Positions 49,020 through 58,806 of a stretch of DNA of 64,000 nucleotides are shown here, in pieces. The notes beneath the pieces were generated by a model that saw nothing but the letters and a program-made list of their open reading frames with translations, searched no databases and was not told where the DNA came from. Made by a program: the position numbers and the translations under genes. How positions within the stretch are numbered: the stretch's first letter is position 1; each line of letters begins with the position of its first letter. The DNA comes from Candidatus Multivorans sp. (GTDB lineage: Bacteria; Acidobacteriota; Thermoanaerobaculia; Multivoradales; Multivoraceae). Location: positions 1,607,787 through 1,671,786 of the forward strand of contig OZ242040.1 of assembly GCA_965205095.1 (NCBI GenBank), written 5' to 3'.

Positions 49020-50456
49020 CTATGCGGAGGCTCCTTTGGCCCGGTTGTGCTTTCGGCATAGTACTTGTGCATTGCCAATCACGGTTGGGCCTCCCTTCGA
49101 GTGCGGCACTACATGATCCGCTTCGTACTCGGACCAAGGAACTCTCGCCTCGTCAATCGGTAATCCGAGCCGCGAACACTCCTGGCACACCCCGTCAACC
49201 GCTCGGTAGATCGCAATGCGATCGCTCTCGCTGAAGCTCCTCCTCTCATCCTTCGTCAGGATCTCGACGTCTTCGGCGCTCGCGAACTCAAAGAAGATCT
49301 GCCGAATGACTCGATCTCGTATCTTGATTTCGCGCCCGCTTTGCTGTCGGTGAGAAGTGAACACCTGTATATCTGAGTCATCTTCCCGGTGATCACGCCG
49401 TCGCTGGTCGAACGAGATCGTGAATGCCCGGAATAGCCGCTGCTCCCGCTCGGCGAACACGTAGTGCTTTCGCAGGTGCCGGAGTAGGAGGTAAAGCGAG
49501 ACAATCACGTACTCCGCTTCTAGCTCCCGCATCCCATGCCCGTCCGTCACATCCTCCCGAAACACTCCATAGAACGCCCTCATATTGGCAAGCACCGATC
49601 TTGCGGGCGACGTCCCTTCGTAGGAGTAGTTGCCGATGCCTTCGGGATGCTGGCCCTTCTCGATGAACTCACTGACGTTCTTGTTACTGATGTCCGCAGG
49701 GCCGTCCTCCTCCTCTAGGATCAGCAGTCGAGTCAGTATTGCCAAGTGCTGCATCCGCGTGTTGGCCCGCGTGATCGTACGGAAGAAGTCGTGCGTGTGG
49801 GGATTGTCTTCGATGGGTTCGTAGGAGTCGTAGTCAAAGCTGATGTCGTCCGCGTACTTCACGACGAAGTTCCGGGGAAGGCTCGATAGTCGGGCGTGGG
49901 CGACCTCCATATAGTTGAGGGTCTCGCCTTGCTGAAGACGCCAGAAGATCTCCGCGGCTGTCTGCTGGTGCTGAGGGTTTCGGGGGTCGTCAATCCCCTT
50001 TACCGTGTCCACCTCGTAGCGGAGGCTCTTGTCGACGAACTGTCGCACCTTGACCGGGAGGTCCCTGTACTTTAGCCCGGGAAGCGAGCTGTCCAGGTCC
50101 GCAAGGGACTGCGGCAACGCCAGTTCATTCTTGTAGAATGCTTGGGCAACGCGTATGCGCTGCTGACCATCGATGACCTCGTTCTTGTTGTCCTTCTCGG
50201 CCAGCTTGATTTCGCGAAGCACGATTTTCGGCACATAATACCGACGGAACAGACTGTCGAGTAATGCCTGTTGTTTCTGCCGTGACCATACGTTCTTGCG
50301 TTGGTATGGTGGTCGAACGACATAGTCTTCTGGGTACTTGTAGAAGTCCTCCAGCTTGCTGTGGCCCGGGATCACGTCATAGGTTGTCGGCGGACTGAAC
50401 AATGCTCTCTCCTGCTGTCGGTTCTTGAGTCGGGCCAGATTGGACTGGGACCCCAC
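49020..50456 (-). CDS. DUF262 (ParB/GmrSD-like, DGQQR motif) protein with a C-terminal HNH endonuclease. Likely Type IV / modification-dependent restriction (GmrSD- or SspE-like).
   Basis: VIDGQQRIRV near the N-terminus. C-terminal EADHVVPHSKGG...NAQVLCRKHNRAKG is HNH. Confidence 0.7.
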   Translation of the reverse strand: MGSQSNLARLKNRQQERALFSPPTTYDVIPGHSKLEDFYKYPEDYVVRPPYQRKNVWSRQKQQALLDSLFRRYYVPKIVLREIKLAEKDNKNEVIDGQQRIRVAQAFYKNELALPQSLADLDSSLPGLKYRDLPVKVRQFVDKSLRYEVDTVKGIDDPRNPQHQQTAAEIFWRLQQGETLNYMEVAHARLSSLPRNFVVKYADDISFDYDSYEPIEDNPHTHDFFRTITRANTRMQHLAILTRLLILEEEDGPADISNKNVSEFIEKGQHPEGIGNYSYEGTSPARSVLANMRAFYGVFREDVTDGHGMRELEAEYVIVSLYLLLRHLRKHYVFAEREQRLFRAFTISFDQRRRDHREDDSDIQVFTSHRQQSGREIKIRDRVIRQIFFEFASAEDVEILTKDERRSFSESDRIAIYRAVDGVCQECSRLGLPIDEARVPWSEYEADHVVPHSKGGPTVIGNAQVLCRKHNRAKGASA

Positions 50457-50510
50457 GGAGTCGGCACTACGCCGCCCCTCGATTCGGCGACCTGCGCTCT
50501 TCGGCTCGAA

Positions 50511-53180
50511 TCACCGTAGAGTGTGTCGCTTCCATTTCGAGACGATCTCCTCGACGCCTTTGTTCAGTTCCCTCAGCTCGTCCGCCAAGGCCGTGTTGCT
50601 CTCGGTCGCTCGCCTTTCGGCGCCGGCCACTCGCGTCACGGTCTCCTTCTGCGCCTCCAGCGACGGAAGGAACACGCTCAGGCTCTCGAAGTCACCCTCT
50701 TGCGTACGTCTACGATTGGAATGTCCCGTGGTGATTGCTCGCACTGCTCGTTGAAAGTACGCTGTCCGTAGGAGCAGTTGCAAATAGCGGGCGTCCACCT
50801 GCTCGCGGCTCTCCTCGCGCAGATAGTAGACTGGGAACTCGCTCGTGACTATCGCGCCATCAAACTCCTGCGGAACAACTCCAACACAACCCTTCCAAAG
50901 GTCGATGCGTGACAGCAGAATCCCGCCCGCGTGGATCCGGTTCCACACTTGGCTCTCCTTGAAGTAGGCCCCCAACCAACTTGGTGGATTCCGTCCCTTT
51001 CCCGCTTCACGAGGCGTGAACTGTCCTTCCTGGCTCAACGTGACCGTCAGGAACTCGGTATCCGGCTCGCTGTTAGGAACTACGGGGTCGGCCCTTTGCT
51101 CAAGAAGCTCCCCGACCTTGTACGTCCTTGTGCCGCCGGGAGTGTCCTCCACCTCTTCGGCGATCTTGAAGATGTGGTACTTCGGGTCGATCCTCGAACT
51201 AGGATGTGCGCCATACAGGTCACTGGCGGGAACCGCCAAGCACGTGGGATAGGCACTACCAGAGTAGCCCTCTCGGTCTCTCTCGAACAGTCGGAATTGA
51301 CCAAGGATCGTCGACGCCGGTGCGGCCACCGCTCCGCCGTCCTGGGCATAGAGGTCATTGTCGATGTCCGGCGAACCCGCTGGGGTGAATCCAATAGCGT
51401 CGGCTTCCGCGAGAAACACGTGGTAGTCGTTCTCCGCGAGCGCTCGGCCGACCGCCCCTCGCTTCGTGCTGCCGGCTTCCTCCAAAGAAGTCGTCATCCG
51501 ACGTTCTTCCTCCTCCGAGAACCGCTTCAGGAACAGCAGACTCGTCTTGTTCTGCGCCCCACTCTTGCGAAACGCGAAGTCAGGAAGGGACACGATAGCG
51601 AGAACCCGGCATTTCTTGAAGATGAATCTCCGAGCCGCTGGACAGAGACTTCGTTCCCCCGGATTGTTGAGAAGACCATCTGGGACGACCATTCCAAGAC
51701 GACCGCCGGGGGCGAGCCACTTGATGGAACGCTCCAAGACAGCGATCTCGGACGCCACTTGGCTTCCGGTAGGGATCTCGAAATTGTCCAGGCTGTTACC
51801 ACCCAAATGGTCTCGATCACCTTCCTTCACGCTGTCGCCGAAGGGTGGGTTTCCGACGATCAAACTGAAGGGACTCGTCGAGGGATCGAGAAGCGGATTC
51901 ATGAAGTTGCTATCCAAGCAGCTCCGGTCAACTTCAATGTTCGTATGACCATCCCTGTGCAGAATGAGGTTTGTCTGACAGATTCGTCCCAGTTTCTCGA
52001 AGATCTCGATTCCGTAGAGTCCCTTATTGGCGAAGTCGAACTTCCGGCGCTCCTGCCCCTCCTGACCAGCGTATGCGACGTCAATATGCCGCCATACCTG
52101 AATCAGTGTTTCGAGAAGGAACCCCCCGCTCCCAGCTGTGGGGTCGAGCACTCGGTCCGTGTCGGTTGGCCTAAGCAACGCACACACGAAGCGGACAATC
52201 TCGCGACGCGTAAAGTACTGACCGAGTTCTCCTCGGAAGACCGAACCGAAGAAGCCTTCGAAGGCACTGCCCAGCGCATCGACGTCCATCCGAGTAAACG
52301 CCACCGCTTCGATAGTTCGCACTACCTGGGCGATCTTGTCGTCCGACACATCGAGAGGTTCAGAGAACACCGTGGGATCTTCGCCCTGCGCTTCCGCGTA
52401 GAGAGTGCGAATCCGGTTGCCCGTGCTGACGTCCTCTTCGCGCCGGCCTACTTGGAACCGACGGGGCTGGCCCGTGGCAGTGTGCCTCTCATCGTGAATC
52501 TTAGCGAAGAGCAACTTAGACCACTCGTCGAAGGCGGTTAGAGGATCGCGTTTGCCACCGGCCCAGATGAGGGCATGGGCGTTCCGCACACGGTTCTCGA
52601 CATCCCGGCTTGGAAGAGGCCGGATGTCCCGTTCTTCACCAGCCACGAACGGAAACTGTGACACTTGGCCGTAACACTTCGGAAGGTCCTCGCGAGTACC
52701 AAGATGGTTCTCGTCACGCTCTTCCGGTGGATAGTCCGCAACCGCATAGAGTGCTGAATCAGAACCGCTGTCGATCAACGCTAGTGACGTCGTACGTAGG
52801 GAGTTAGCGTTGCCGAACGCCTGTTCGACCGCTTGGAGAAACGCGCGCTCGCTGACGCCAGGCCTCTTCGTCTCCGCCACGAGGTAAGGCGTGTCACAAC
52901 TGCTGTCGGTGTAGATGACGATGTCTGCGTAGTCGGAGGGCGTTCGACGGGGGACTTGCACCTCGACCTTTATCGCAGTGGCCGGATACTCACGCTCGAG
53001 AATCAGCCAAGCGTACAGGCCAGCGCGGACCTTTTCCTCCGGGTCCGTGAAGTCCTGGTCTGTGCCGTTTGCGCACTTGTAGAGAACGCGATCACCGTGA
53101 AACTCTAGGTAGCCGCGCTTCTCAGCCTCCGCGATGAGGCCGCTCCAACTAGCCGGAACGGCGGCTTTCGATCTAGTCAT
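50511..53180 (-). CDS. MmeI-like Type IIL (IIG) single-chain restriction-modification enzyme: N-terminal PD-(D/E)xK endonuclease, gamma-class N6-adenine methyltransferase, C-terminal target-recognition domain
   Basis: 889 aa. DIVIY...YLVAETKRPG (D...ExK), MTase motif I LDPTAGSGGFL, motif IV IVGNPPFG, HsdS-like C-terminus. Confidence 0.7.
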   Translation of the reverse strand: MTRSKAAVPASWSGLIAEAEKRGYLEFHGDRVLYKCANGTDQDFTDPEEKVRAGLYAWLILEREYPATAIKVEVQVPRRTPSDYADIVIYTDSSCDTPYLVAETKRPGVSERAFLQAVEQAFGNANSLRTTSLALIDSGSDSALYAVADYPPEERDENHLGTREDLPKCYGQVSQFPFVAGEERDIRPLPSRDVENRVRNAHALIWAGGKRDPLTAFDEWSKLLFAKIHDERHTATGQPRRFQVGRREEDVSTGNRIRTLYAEAQGEDPTVFSEPLDVSDDKIAQVVRTIEAVAFTRMDVDALGSAFEGFFGSVFRGELGQYFTRREIVRFVCALLRPTDTDRVLDPTAGSGGFLLETLIQVWRHIDVAYAGQEGQERRKFDFANKGLYGIEIFEKLGRICQTNLILHRDGHTNIEVDRSCLDSNFMNPLLDPSTSPFSLIVGNPPFGDSVKEGDRDHLGGNSLDNFEIPTGSQVASEIAVLERSIKWLAPGGRLGMVVPDGLLNNPGERSLCPAARRFIFKKCRVLAIVSLPDFAFRKSGAQNKTSLLFLKRFSEEEERRMTTSLEEAGSTKRGAVGRALAENDYHVFLAEADAIGFTPAGSPDIDNDLYAQDGGAVAAPASTILGQFRLFERDREGYSGSAYPTCLAVPASDLYGAHPSSRIDPKYHIFKIAEEVEDTPGGTRTYKVGELLEQRADPVVPNSEPDTEFLTVTLSQEGQFTPREAGKGRNPPSWLGAYFKESQVWNRIHAGGILLSRIDLWKGCVGVVPQEFDGAIVTSEFPVYYLREESREQVDARYLQLLLRTAYFQRAVRAITTGHSNRRRTQEGDFESLSVFLPSLEAQKETVTRVAGAERRATESNTALADELRELNKGVEEIVSKWKRHTLR

Positions 53181-53638
53181 GTAACGGCCCGCCTCTCCGA
53201 ACGGAGTCGGCGAGACTCAATGTCGAGCCACCTCCCGCCCCTCCTTGGAGCGTGATCGAGTCGTCGATGTTCCTCAAGCGCTCGGGCTGTCGAACGTTGC
53301 GATTCTGGGTTGCTCGTAGCGTACGTGGGCAAAGGTGCCGACGACGTTGGGTTGACGTTGCTCCACAAGGACTTCGATGTACGGACGTGAGCTCGGAGGT
53401 CTCCGCAGCGTCAGTGACGGACACAGGTGCGGTCCACCTTGCCCCGGTACTTTGGTCATCCCTGCCTACCTTTACCTCGGTTCGAGACGGCATTACTATC
53501 TGGCGGAAAAGCGGTCTGTCAAGACCTCGCCCCCACTGGCACGGAGTGGGCCTAGCGTGCGTTCCGGGCTTCCTACCCGACACCGCCGACTTGTCGGGAC
53601 GTTCTAGCCGCCGACTTCACCCTGGTGCCAGCTAAGGA

Positions 53639-54370
53639 CTACCAAGGCATAGTCCGCCCGCTGTACTCCCTCCCCACCTCCGCCGAATCCTCCCGCCGCC
53701 CCGCACCAATCATCACGCCACGATCAATCTGCCCCGCCACATTCCCCTGCAACACATTGTCCAGGAAGTACATCCCCCGCTCTTTCGTCAGCTCCAGCAC
53801 CATGTCCCCCGCAGCAACCACCTCCGGCGGCAACGGCGGATCGGCCCGCCCTTCCAGATAGCCGTACGACAGCCCCAGGTCCCGCGGCCCGTGTTCGGCG
53901 AAGGCCAGGCCCGGCACCGACAGCGTCTCCGCCGCCCTGTCCAGCGCCTCCTGGTCCTCCAGCTTGACGCCGAGCATGATCTCGCCCTCGGGGTTGAGCG
54001 GCCAGACGTCGGCCTTCTGCAGGTACTCCGGGACGCTCAGCCCCCAGACCCAGGCTGCGTAGGTGTGGCTGCCCCAGCCGCGGAGGCCGACGCCCAGGGT
54101 GTCGGTGGCCTGCTTGTGGATCGGGTAGCGGGCGGCCTGGACGAAGCGCTTGACTCCCTCCGGGTCGCGGGCGCGGGCGAGGTGAACGCCGTGGACGCCC
54201 TGGGCGAGGGCCTGCTGGACCATCCAGCCGCCGGCCGTGACGGTCGCTTCGTCGAGGCCGAGCAGGGGCAGGGAAACGATGACGGTCGGCGTGCGGTGGC
54301 CGCTCGGGGTGGGGCCGGCGTCGACGAGGCCGCGCATGAACTCGTGGAGCGCCGCGAAGTCGAGCGCCAC
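53639..54370 (-). pseudogene. Truncated duplicate of the C-terminal 243 codons of the HpcH/HpaI aldolase domain of gene 56048-58708
   Basis: More than 95% identical at protein level to the C-terminus of the fusion protein. Lacks the first roughly 45 aldolase residues (including the DYIIYNVEH region). Confidence 0.7.
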
Positions 54371-54378
54371 GTGCTCAG

Positions 54379-55149
54379 CTAGCGCAACGGAGGGAAGTTG
54401 ATGGTCACGATCCGGTACACGGCTACAGGCTCCCCGTGGAGCGTCGCGGGCTTGAACTTGTACCGCCTCACGGCCCTCGCAGCCTCCAAACCGAGTCCGT
54501 AGCCGGGGTCCTGGAGAATGACCGGGTGCTCCACGCTTCCGCGTTCATCGATGACGTATCCGATCACCGCAGCGCCGTAGACGCCAGCCTCAAGCGCCCA
54601 CGCCGTACGCCTTGGCCCAAGGGAATCGGGGTTCTTCCGCACGGGCGGTTTCATGCCTTCCACCGGCTTGCCGCCAACGTTGAGGGTGTGGATCTCCCGG
54701 TCAGGATTCGCCAGGCGTACTGCCAGAAGATCGACATCGACGACGAGTCCGAGCGCGAACGCATAGTGCTCGGCGGCGTTGCTGCTTCTCTGGTCGACAT
54801 GGCGACGCGCGGACGAAACGGCCACGTCGTGCAGTCCCTTCTCCTTTGCCGCCATGGCGTGGATAGCCCAGAAGAGCCGCGGCAGTTCCAGATCGGGATG
54901 GAGCGCCTCGAGCTCGACGATGTCGTCCAGGAAGCTGAGCGCCTCGGGCAACTGTTCCAGTTCGGCGAGGCGCGCCGCTTCCGCCCACAGGCGCTCAACG
55001 TCAGCCTCCGGGGTCGGCTCTTCCTGCGCCAGGAGGGGCGCCACGGTGATCAGGAGAAGAACGGGGATGTACGAACGGCGGAGGGTCGCGGACAGGTCGC
55101 GCTGTCCTTGCCTGGCGCCGGTAGCCATCACTGCCACTACCAAGGGCAT
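54379..55149 (-). CDS. TonB C-terminal-domain protein (energy transducer TonB family)
   Basis: C-terminus AAVIGYVIDERGSVEHPVILQDPGYGLGLEAARAVRRYKFKP. Start at MPLVVAV. Confidence 0.6.
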   Translation of the reverse strand: MPLVVAVMATGARQGQRDLSATLRRSYIPVLLLITVAPLLAQEEPTPEADVERLWAEAARLAELEQLPEALSFLDDIVELEALHPDLELPRLFWAIHAMAAKEKGLHDVAVSSARRHVDQRSSNAAEHYAFALGLVVDVDLLAVRLANPDREIHTLNVGGKPVEGMKPPVRKNPDSLGPRRTAWALEAGVYGAAVIGYVIDERGSVEHPVILQDPGYGLGLEAARAVRRYKFKPATLHGEPVAVYRIVTINFPPLR

Positions 55150-55297
55150 CGCCCGCCCACTGTACTCCCTCCCCACCTCCGCCGAATCCTCCCGCGGCGC
55201 CGCCGACCTGCAGGCCGGCGTCGGGGACCAAACCGCTTCCGCGTCGGCGACGGCGGCGCGTCGTAATGACGACTTGACATCTTGATCTGCGAGCATC

Positions 55298-55603
55298 ATG
55301 ATGCCTTCCATGCGAACAACCGTCACGCTGGATGCCGATACCGAGTCCCTGCTGCGCGAGGCGATGCGGCAGCGGGGCCAGACCTTCAAACAGACGTTGA
55401 ACGACGCCGTGCGCCGCGGACTCACCGGAATCGTGAGCGATCCGGAGCGCCCGCCGTTCGTCCAGCGGACGTTTCCCATGGGCGTCAGGGCCGGGTACGA
55501 CCTCGGGAAGCTGTCCGCCCTGGAGGCGGAGATGGACACGGAGGCGTTCCTGGACGTGACCCGTCGACTGATCGACGACGACGCCGGGCCCGGACCGGGA
55601 TGA
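55298..55603 (+). CDS. Type II antitoxin (VapB-like)
   Basis: 101 aa. ATGA overlap with the PIN gene. Confidence 0.6.
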   Translation: MMPSMRTTVTLDADTESLLREAMRQRGQTFKQTLNDAVRRGLTGIVSDPERPPFVQRTFPMGVRAGYDLGKLSALEAEMDTEAFLDVTRRLIDDDAGPGPG

Positions 55604-56040
55604 TCGTCCCCGACGCGAATCTCCTCCTGTACGCGGTCGATTCGGCAAGCCCGTTCCACGGCCGGGCCGCGAAATGGTGGACCGACTGCCTGAGCGGCAC
55701 CATCCCGGTCGGACTCTGCCAGCCGATCCTTCTTGCATTCCTGCGAGTGAGCACCAACCGGCGCGTCTTCCGGGAGCCCCTCTCCCTCGAGGCCGCGGGC
55801 GAACTCGTGACCGAATGGACGGCCCATCCCGTGACACGGCTTCTGCTGCCCGGTGAAGACCATGTGCGGCAAGTCGTCGAGTTGCTCGCCGACGCCGGAT
55901 CCGCAGGAGGCGACCTGGTCACGGACGCGCAGATCGCGGCCCTGGCCCGAGCGCACCGAGGCGAAGTGCACACCGCGGACCATGACTTCAGGCGCTTCGA
56001 GGGCGTGATCTGCCGGTATCCGCTGGCGGATGGCAACTGA
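55600..56040 (+). CDS. vapC: PIN-domain toxin VapC (second copy in the window)
   Basis: MIVPDANLLLYAVD ... TDAQIAALA ... VHTADHDF. Confidence 0.75.
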   Translation: MIVPDANLLLYAVDSASPFHGRAAKWWTDCLSGTIPVGLCQPILLAFLRVSTNRRVFREPLSLEAAGELVTEWTAHPVTRLLLPGEDHVRQVVELLADAGSAGGDLVTDAQIAALARAHRGEVHTADHDFRRFEGVICRYPLADGN

Positions 56041-56047
56041 TCCCGCG

Positions 56048-58708
56048 CTACCAGGGCATCGTCCGCCCGCTGTACTCCCTCCCCACCTCCGCCGAATCCT
56101 CGCGCCTCCCCGCGCCGATCATCACGCCCCGGTCAATCTGCCCCGCCACGTTCTCCGGCAACACATTGTCCAGGAAGAACATCCCCCGCTCCTTCGTCAG
56201 CTCCAGCACCATGTCCCCCGCCGCGACGACCTCCTGCGGCAGCGGCGGGTCGGCCCGGCCTTCCAGGTAGCCGTACGACAGCCCAAGGTCCCGCGGCCCG
56301 TGCTCGGCGAAGGCCAGGCCCGGCACCGACAACGTCTCCGCCGCCCTGTCCAGCGCCTCCTGGTCCTCCAGCTTCACGCCGAGCATGATCTCGCCCTCGG
56401 GATTGAGCGGCCAGACGTCGGCCTTCTGCAGGTACTCCGGGACGCTCAGGCCCCAGACCCAGGCGGCGTAGGTGTGGCTGCCCCAGCCGCGGAGGCCGAC
56501 GCCCAGGGTGTCGGTGGCCTGCTTGTGGATCGGGTAGCGGGCGGCCTGGACGAAGCGCTTGACTCCCTCCGGGTCGCGGGCGCGGGCGAGGTGGACGCCG
56601 TGGACGCCCTGGGCGAGGGCCTGCTGGACCATCCAGCCGCCGGCGGTGACGGTCGCTTCGTCGAGGCCGAGCAGGGGCAGGGAGGCGATGACGGTCGGCG
56701 TGCGGTGGCCGCTCGGGGTGGGGCCGGCGTCGACCAGGCCGCGCATGAACTCGCGGAGCGCCGCGAAGTCGAGCGCCACGTGCTCGACGTTGTAGATGAT
56801 GTAGTCGCCCCAGGTGCCGGCCATCTGCACGCCTTCCTCGTAGCCGCCGGTGGAGGCGTCGTAGTAGATGGGCTGACCGCGCTCGAGGAGCTCGATGGAC
56901 TTGTTGACGCGCCGGGGCTGGTAGTCGGACACGGCGCGGGCCGCGTCGGCGCCCTTGCCGAAGCCGGGGGAATCGGCGAGCTGGCGGTAGGTCGGGAGCA
57001 GGCGGAGTTTGGTGGCGGGCCGGAAGTCGCGCCAGAGCGTCAGGTGGCGGCCGGAGGCGGAGTGGACGACCCCCCAGCCGTGCTGGCTTGCGACCACGCG
57101 GTTCGTGAGGTCGCCCGGGGGAAGGGGCGCCGCGACGGTGATGCGGGTCTGGTGGGTGGACGGCGACCAGGAGGTGGCGAGGACCTGGAGTTCCCGGCCG
57201 TCGTCGAGGAACTCGGGTAGTCCGGCCTCGTTGCCATCGCCCTGGGAACTGTCGCGGCTCAAGGACGCGGTGACGATCGCCGTGCCGTCGCTCTCCAGCG
57301 ACCCGGTGACGATGTTGTTGCTGAAGCGCGTGGGCTCGAGCCCTTCCTTGGTCTCGATGAGCAGGGTGTCCTCGAGGATCGTGTTGTCGGTGACCTCCAG
57401 CTCGCTCCGCTGCAGGTAGAAGCCGCCGTTGAGCGCGGCGACGTTGCCGGCGACGCGGCCGCGGCTCTCCATCGTGATGCGGGTGGCGCCGGAGTTGCGG
57501 GACGGGTTCGAGTTGCCGAAGAAGCGGTTGCCGGTCACTTCGACGAAGAAGTCCTCGGGCGCGGGCATCGGGTCGAACGGCCGGTCGTAGCGGTGCTCCT
57601 GGCCGCCGACGAACAGGCCGCCGCCGTCGTCACTGCCAAGGTTGGCGACGATGACGTTGTCGCGAACCTTGGCCGAGGACCAGTAGGCGACGAAGATGCC
57701 GCCGCCGTCGTTGTTGTGGAGCGCCCAGTTGGCGAGGACGACGTTGCCGGTGATCTCGGGCGACGACCGGTTGAAGATGGAGATGCCGCCGCCGTCGCTG
57801 CTGCGCATGGGGTCGGCGGCGGCACCGGCGACGTTGCCGATGATGGCGTTGTCGGCGATGACGCCGTCGCACTCGCCGTCGAAGGCGATGCCGCCGCCCC
57901 GGCCGATTTCGGTGCCGTTCTCGGTGATCAGGTTGTTGCGGATCACCGGGGCGCCACCGTTGCGGCAGTAGATGGCGCCGCCGTCGTGGGCGGTTTCGTG
58001 GAGGTACTTGGGGGCCCAGTTGGCGGGAGTGAGGGTGCTGTTGTCGGTGAAGACGTTGTTGGAGAGGACGGGTGAGGCGCCATCGATGAGGATGCCGCCG
58101 CCGGGGGCGCGGACCAGGCCGCCCTGGATGCGAAGGCCGTCGATGCGGGGGTTGGTGTTGGCGTCGCCGGAGACGGTGAGGACGCGGTCTTCGCCCTGGG
58201 CGTCGAGGATGGTCGGGTGGGCCTGGATGTCGCGGTCGCGGGTCCAGTCGGTGGAGGCGGGGTCGAAGCCGGCGTAGAGGTCGGTGTTGGGGGGGAGGTT
58301 GAGGTTGTGGGTTGGGTAGGTGCCGGCGGCTATGAGGATGGCGGCGCGCGTCGTGGTGGCGTCGGCGGTTGTGTCGGCGGTAGCCGCGGCGAGGGCGGCG
58401 GTGATCGTGGCGTAGGGGGAGGAGGACGTGCCGGTCGCGGTGGCGTCGTTGCCGGTGGTGGCGGAGACGTGAAGGACTTGCGTGTAGGCCGTCGTGTCGA
58501 CGGGGGTTGTCTGGGGGCCGGGGGTGGCGGCAGTGGAGGTGGTCGCCAGGAGGAGGGTTGCGGCGACGCTGAGGAGGATGCAGCGAGTCGTCGCGACTGT
58601 CGGTGCGTTTGTCGGTGCGCCGGCCTTCTGGCCGGCTGCCGCCGAAGGCGGCCAGATGATCGGCCGGCCGGAGGCCGGCACCTTCCTGAAGAGGCGGCCC
58701 AATGTCAT
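56048..58708 (-). CDS. Secreted fusion protein: signal peptide, right-handed beta-helix (pectate-lyase fold) repeats, and a C-terminal full-length HpcH/HpaI-type aldolase domain
   Basis: Repeated DGGGI/NNxI beta-helix motifs. C-terminal 270 aa align with HpaI (DYIIYNVEH matching DWLLIDGEH, ARYPIHK, EYLQKAD, GEIMLGVKLED). The 5' extension in the ORF track (58709-60928) is a spurious antisense frame. Confidence 0.6.
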   Translation of the reverse strand: MTLGRLFRKVPASGRPIIWPPSAAAGQKAGAPTNAPTVATTRCILLSVAATLLLATTSTAATPGPQTTPVDTTAYTQVLHVSATTGNDATATGTSSSPYATITAALAAATADTTADATTTRAAILIAAGTYPTHNLNLPPNTDLYAGFDPASTDWTRDRDIQAHPTILDAQGEDRVLTVSGDANTNPRIDGLRIQGGLVRAPGGGILIDGASPVLSNNVFTDNSTLTPANWAPKYLHETAHDGGAIYCRNGGAPVIRNNLITENGTEIGRGGGIAFDGECDGVIADNAIIGNVAGAAADPMRSSDGGGISIFNRSSPEITGNVVLANWALHNNDGGGIFVAYWSSAKVRDNVIVANLGSDDGGGLFVGGQEHRYDRPFDPMPAPEDFFVEVTGNRFFGNSNPSRNSGATRITMESRGRVAGNVAALNGGFYLQRSELEVTDNTILEDTLLIETKEGLEPTRFSNNIVTGSLESDGTAIVTASLSRDSSQGDGNEAGLPEFLDDGRELQVLATSWSPSTHQTRITVAAPLPPGDLTNRVVASQHGWGVVHSASGRHLTLWRDFRPATKLRLLPTYRQLADSPGFGKGADAARAVSDYQPRRVNKSIELLERGQPIYYDASTGGYEEGVQMAGTWGDYIIYNVEHVALDFAALREFMRGLVDAGPTPSGHRTPTVIASLPLLGLDEATVTAGGWMVQQALAQGVHGVHLARARDPEGVKRFVQAARYPIHKQATDTLGVGLRGWGSHTYAAWVWGLSVPEYLQKADVWPLNPEGEIMLGVKLEDQEALDRAAETLSVPGLAFAEHGPRDLGLSYGYLEGRADPPLPQEVVAAGDMVLELTKERGMFFLDNVLPENVAGQIDRGVMIGAGRREDSAEVGREYSGRTMPW

Positions 58709-58790
58709 TGCACTCGCGCAAGCCACTTCGCGGCATCGCGCTTGATGCCGGCCAGAAGGCCGGCGCACCGGCACGGGCGCCCAGTGTGTT
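58610..58790. repeat. REP/MITE-like element with terminal inverted repeats GGCCTTCTGGCCGGC / GCCGGCCAGAAGGCCGGCGCACC
   Basis: Same family as 63650-63800. Confidence 0.65.
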
Positions 58791-58806
58791 CTGCTGTGCA
58801 TTCTCC

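Noticed and set aside
53400-53640. Possible tRNA or tmRNA in the 450-bp non-coding stretch after the MmeI-like gene
   Set aside because: A short inverted repeat (CCACTGGCACGGAGTGG) is present, but there is no T-loop/acceptor-stem arrangement or conserved GTTCGAATC-type motif.
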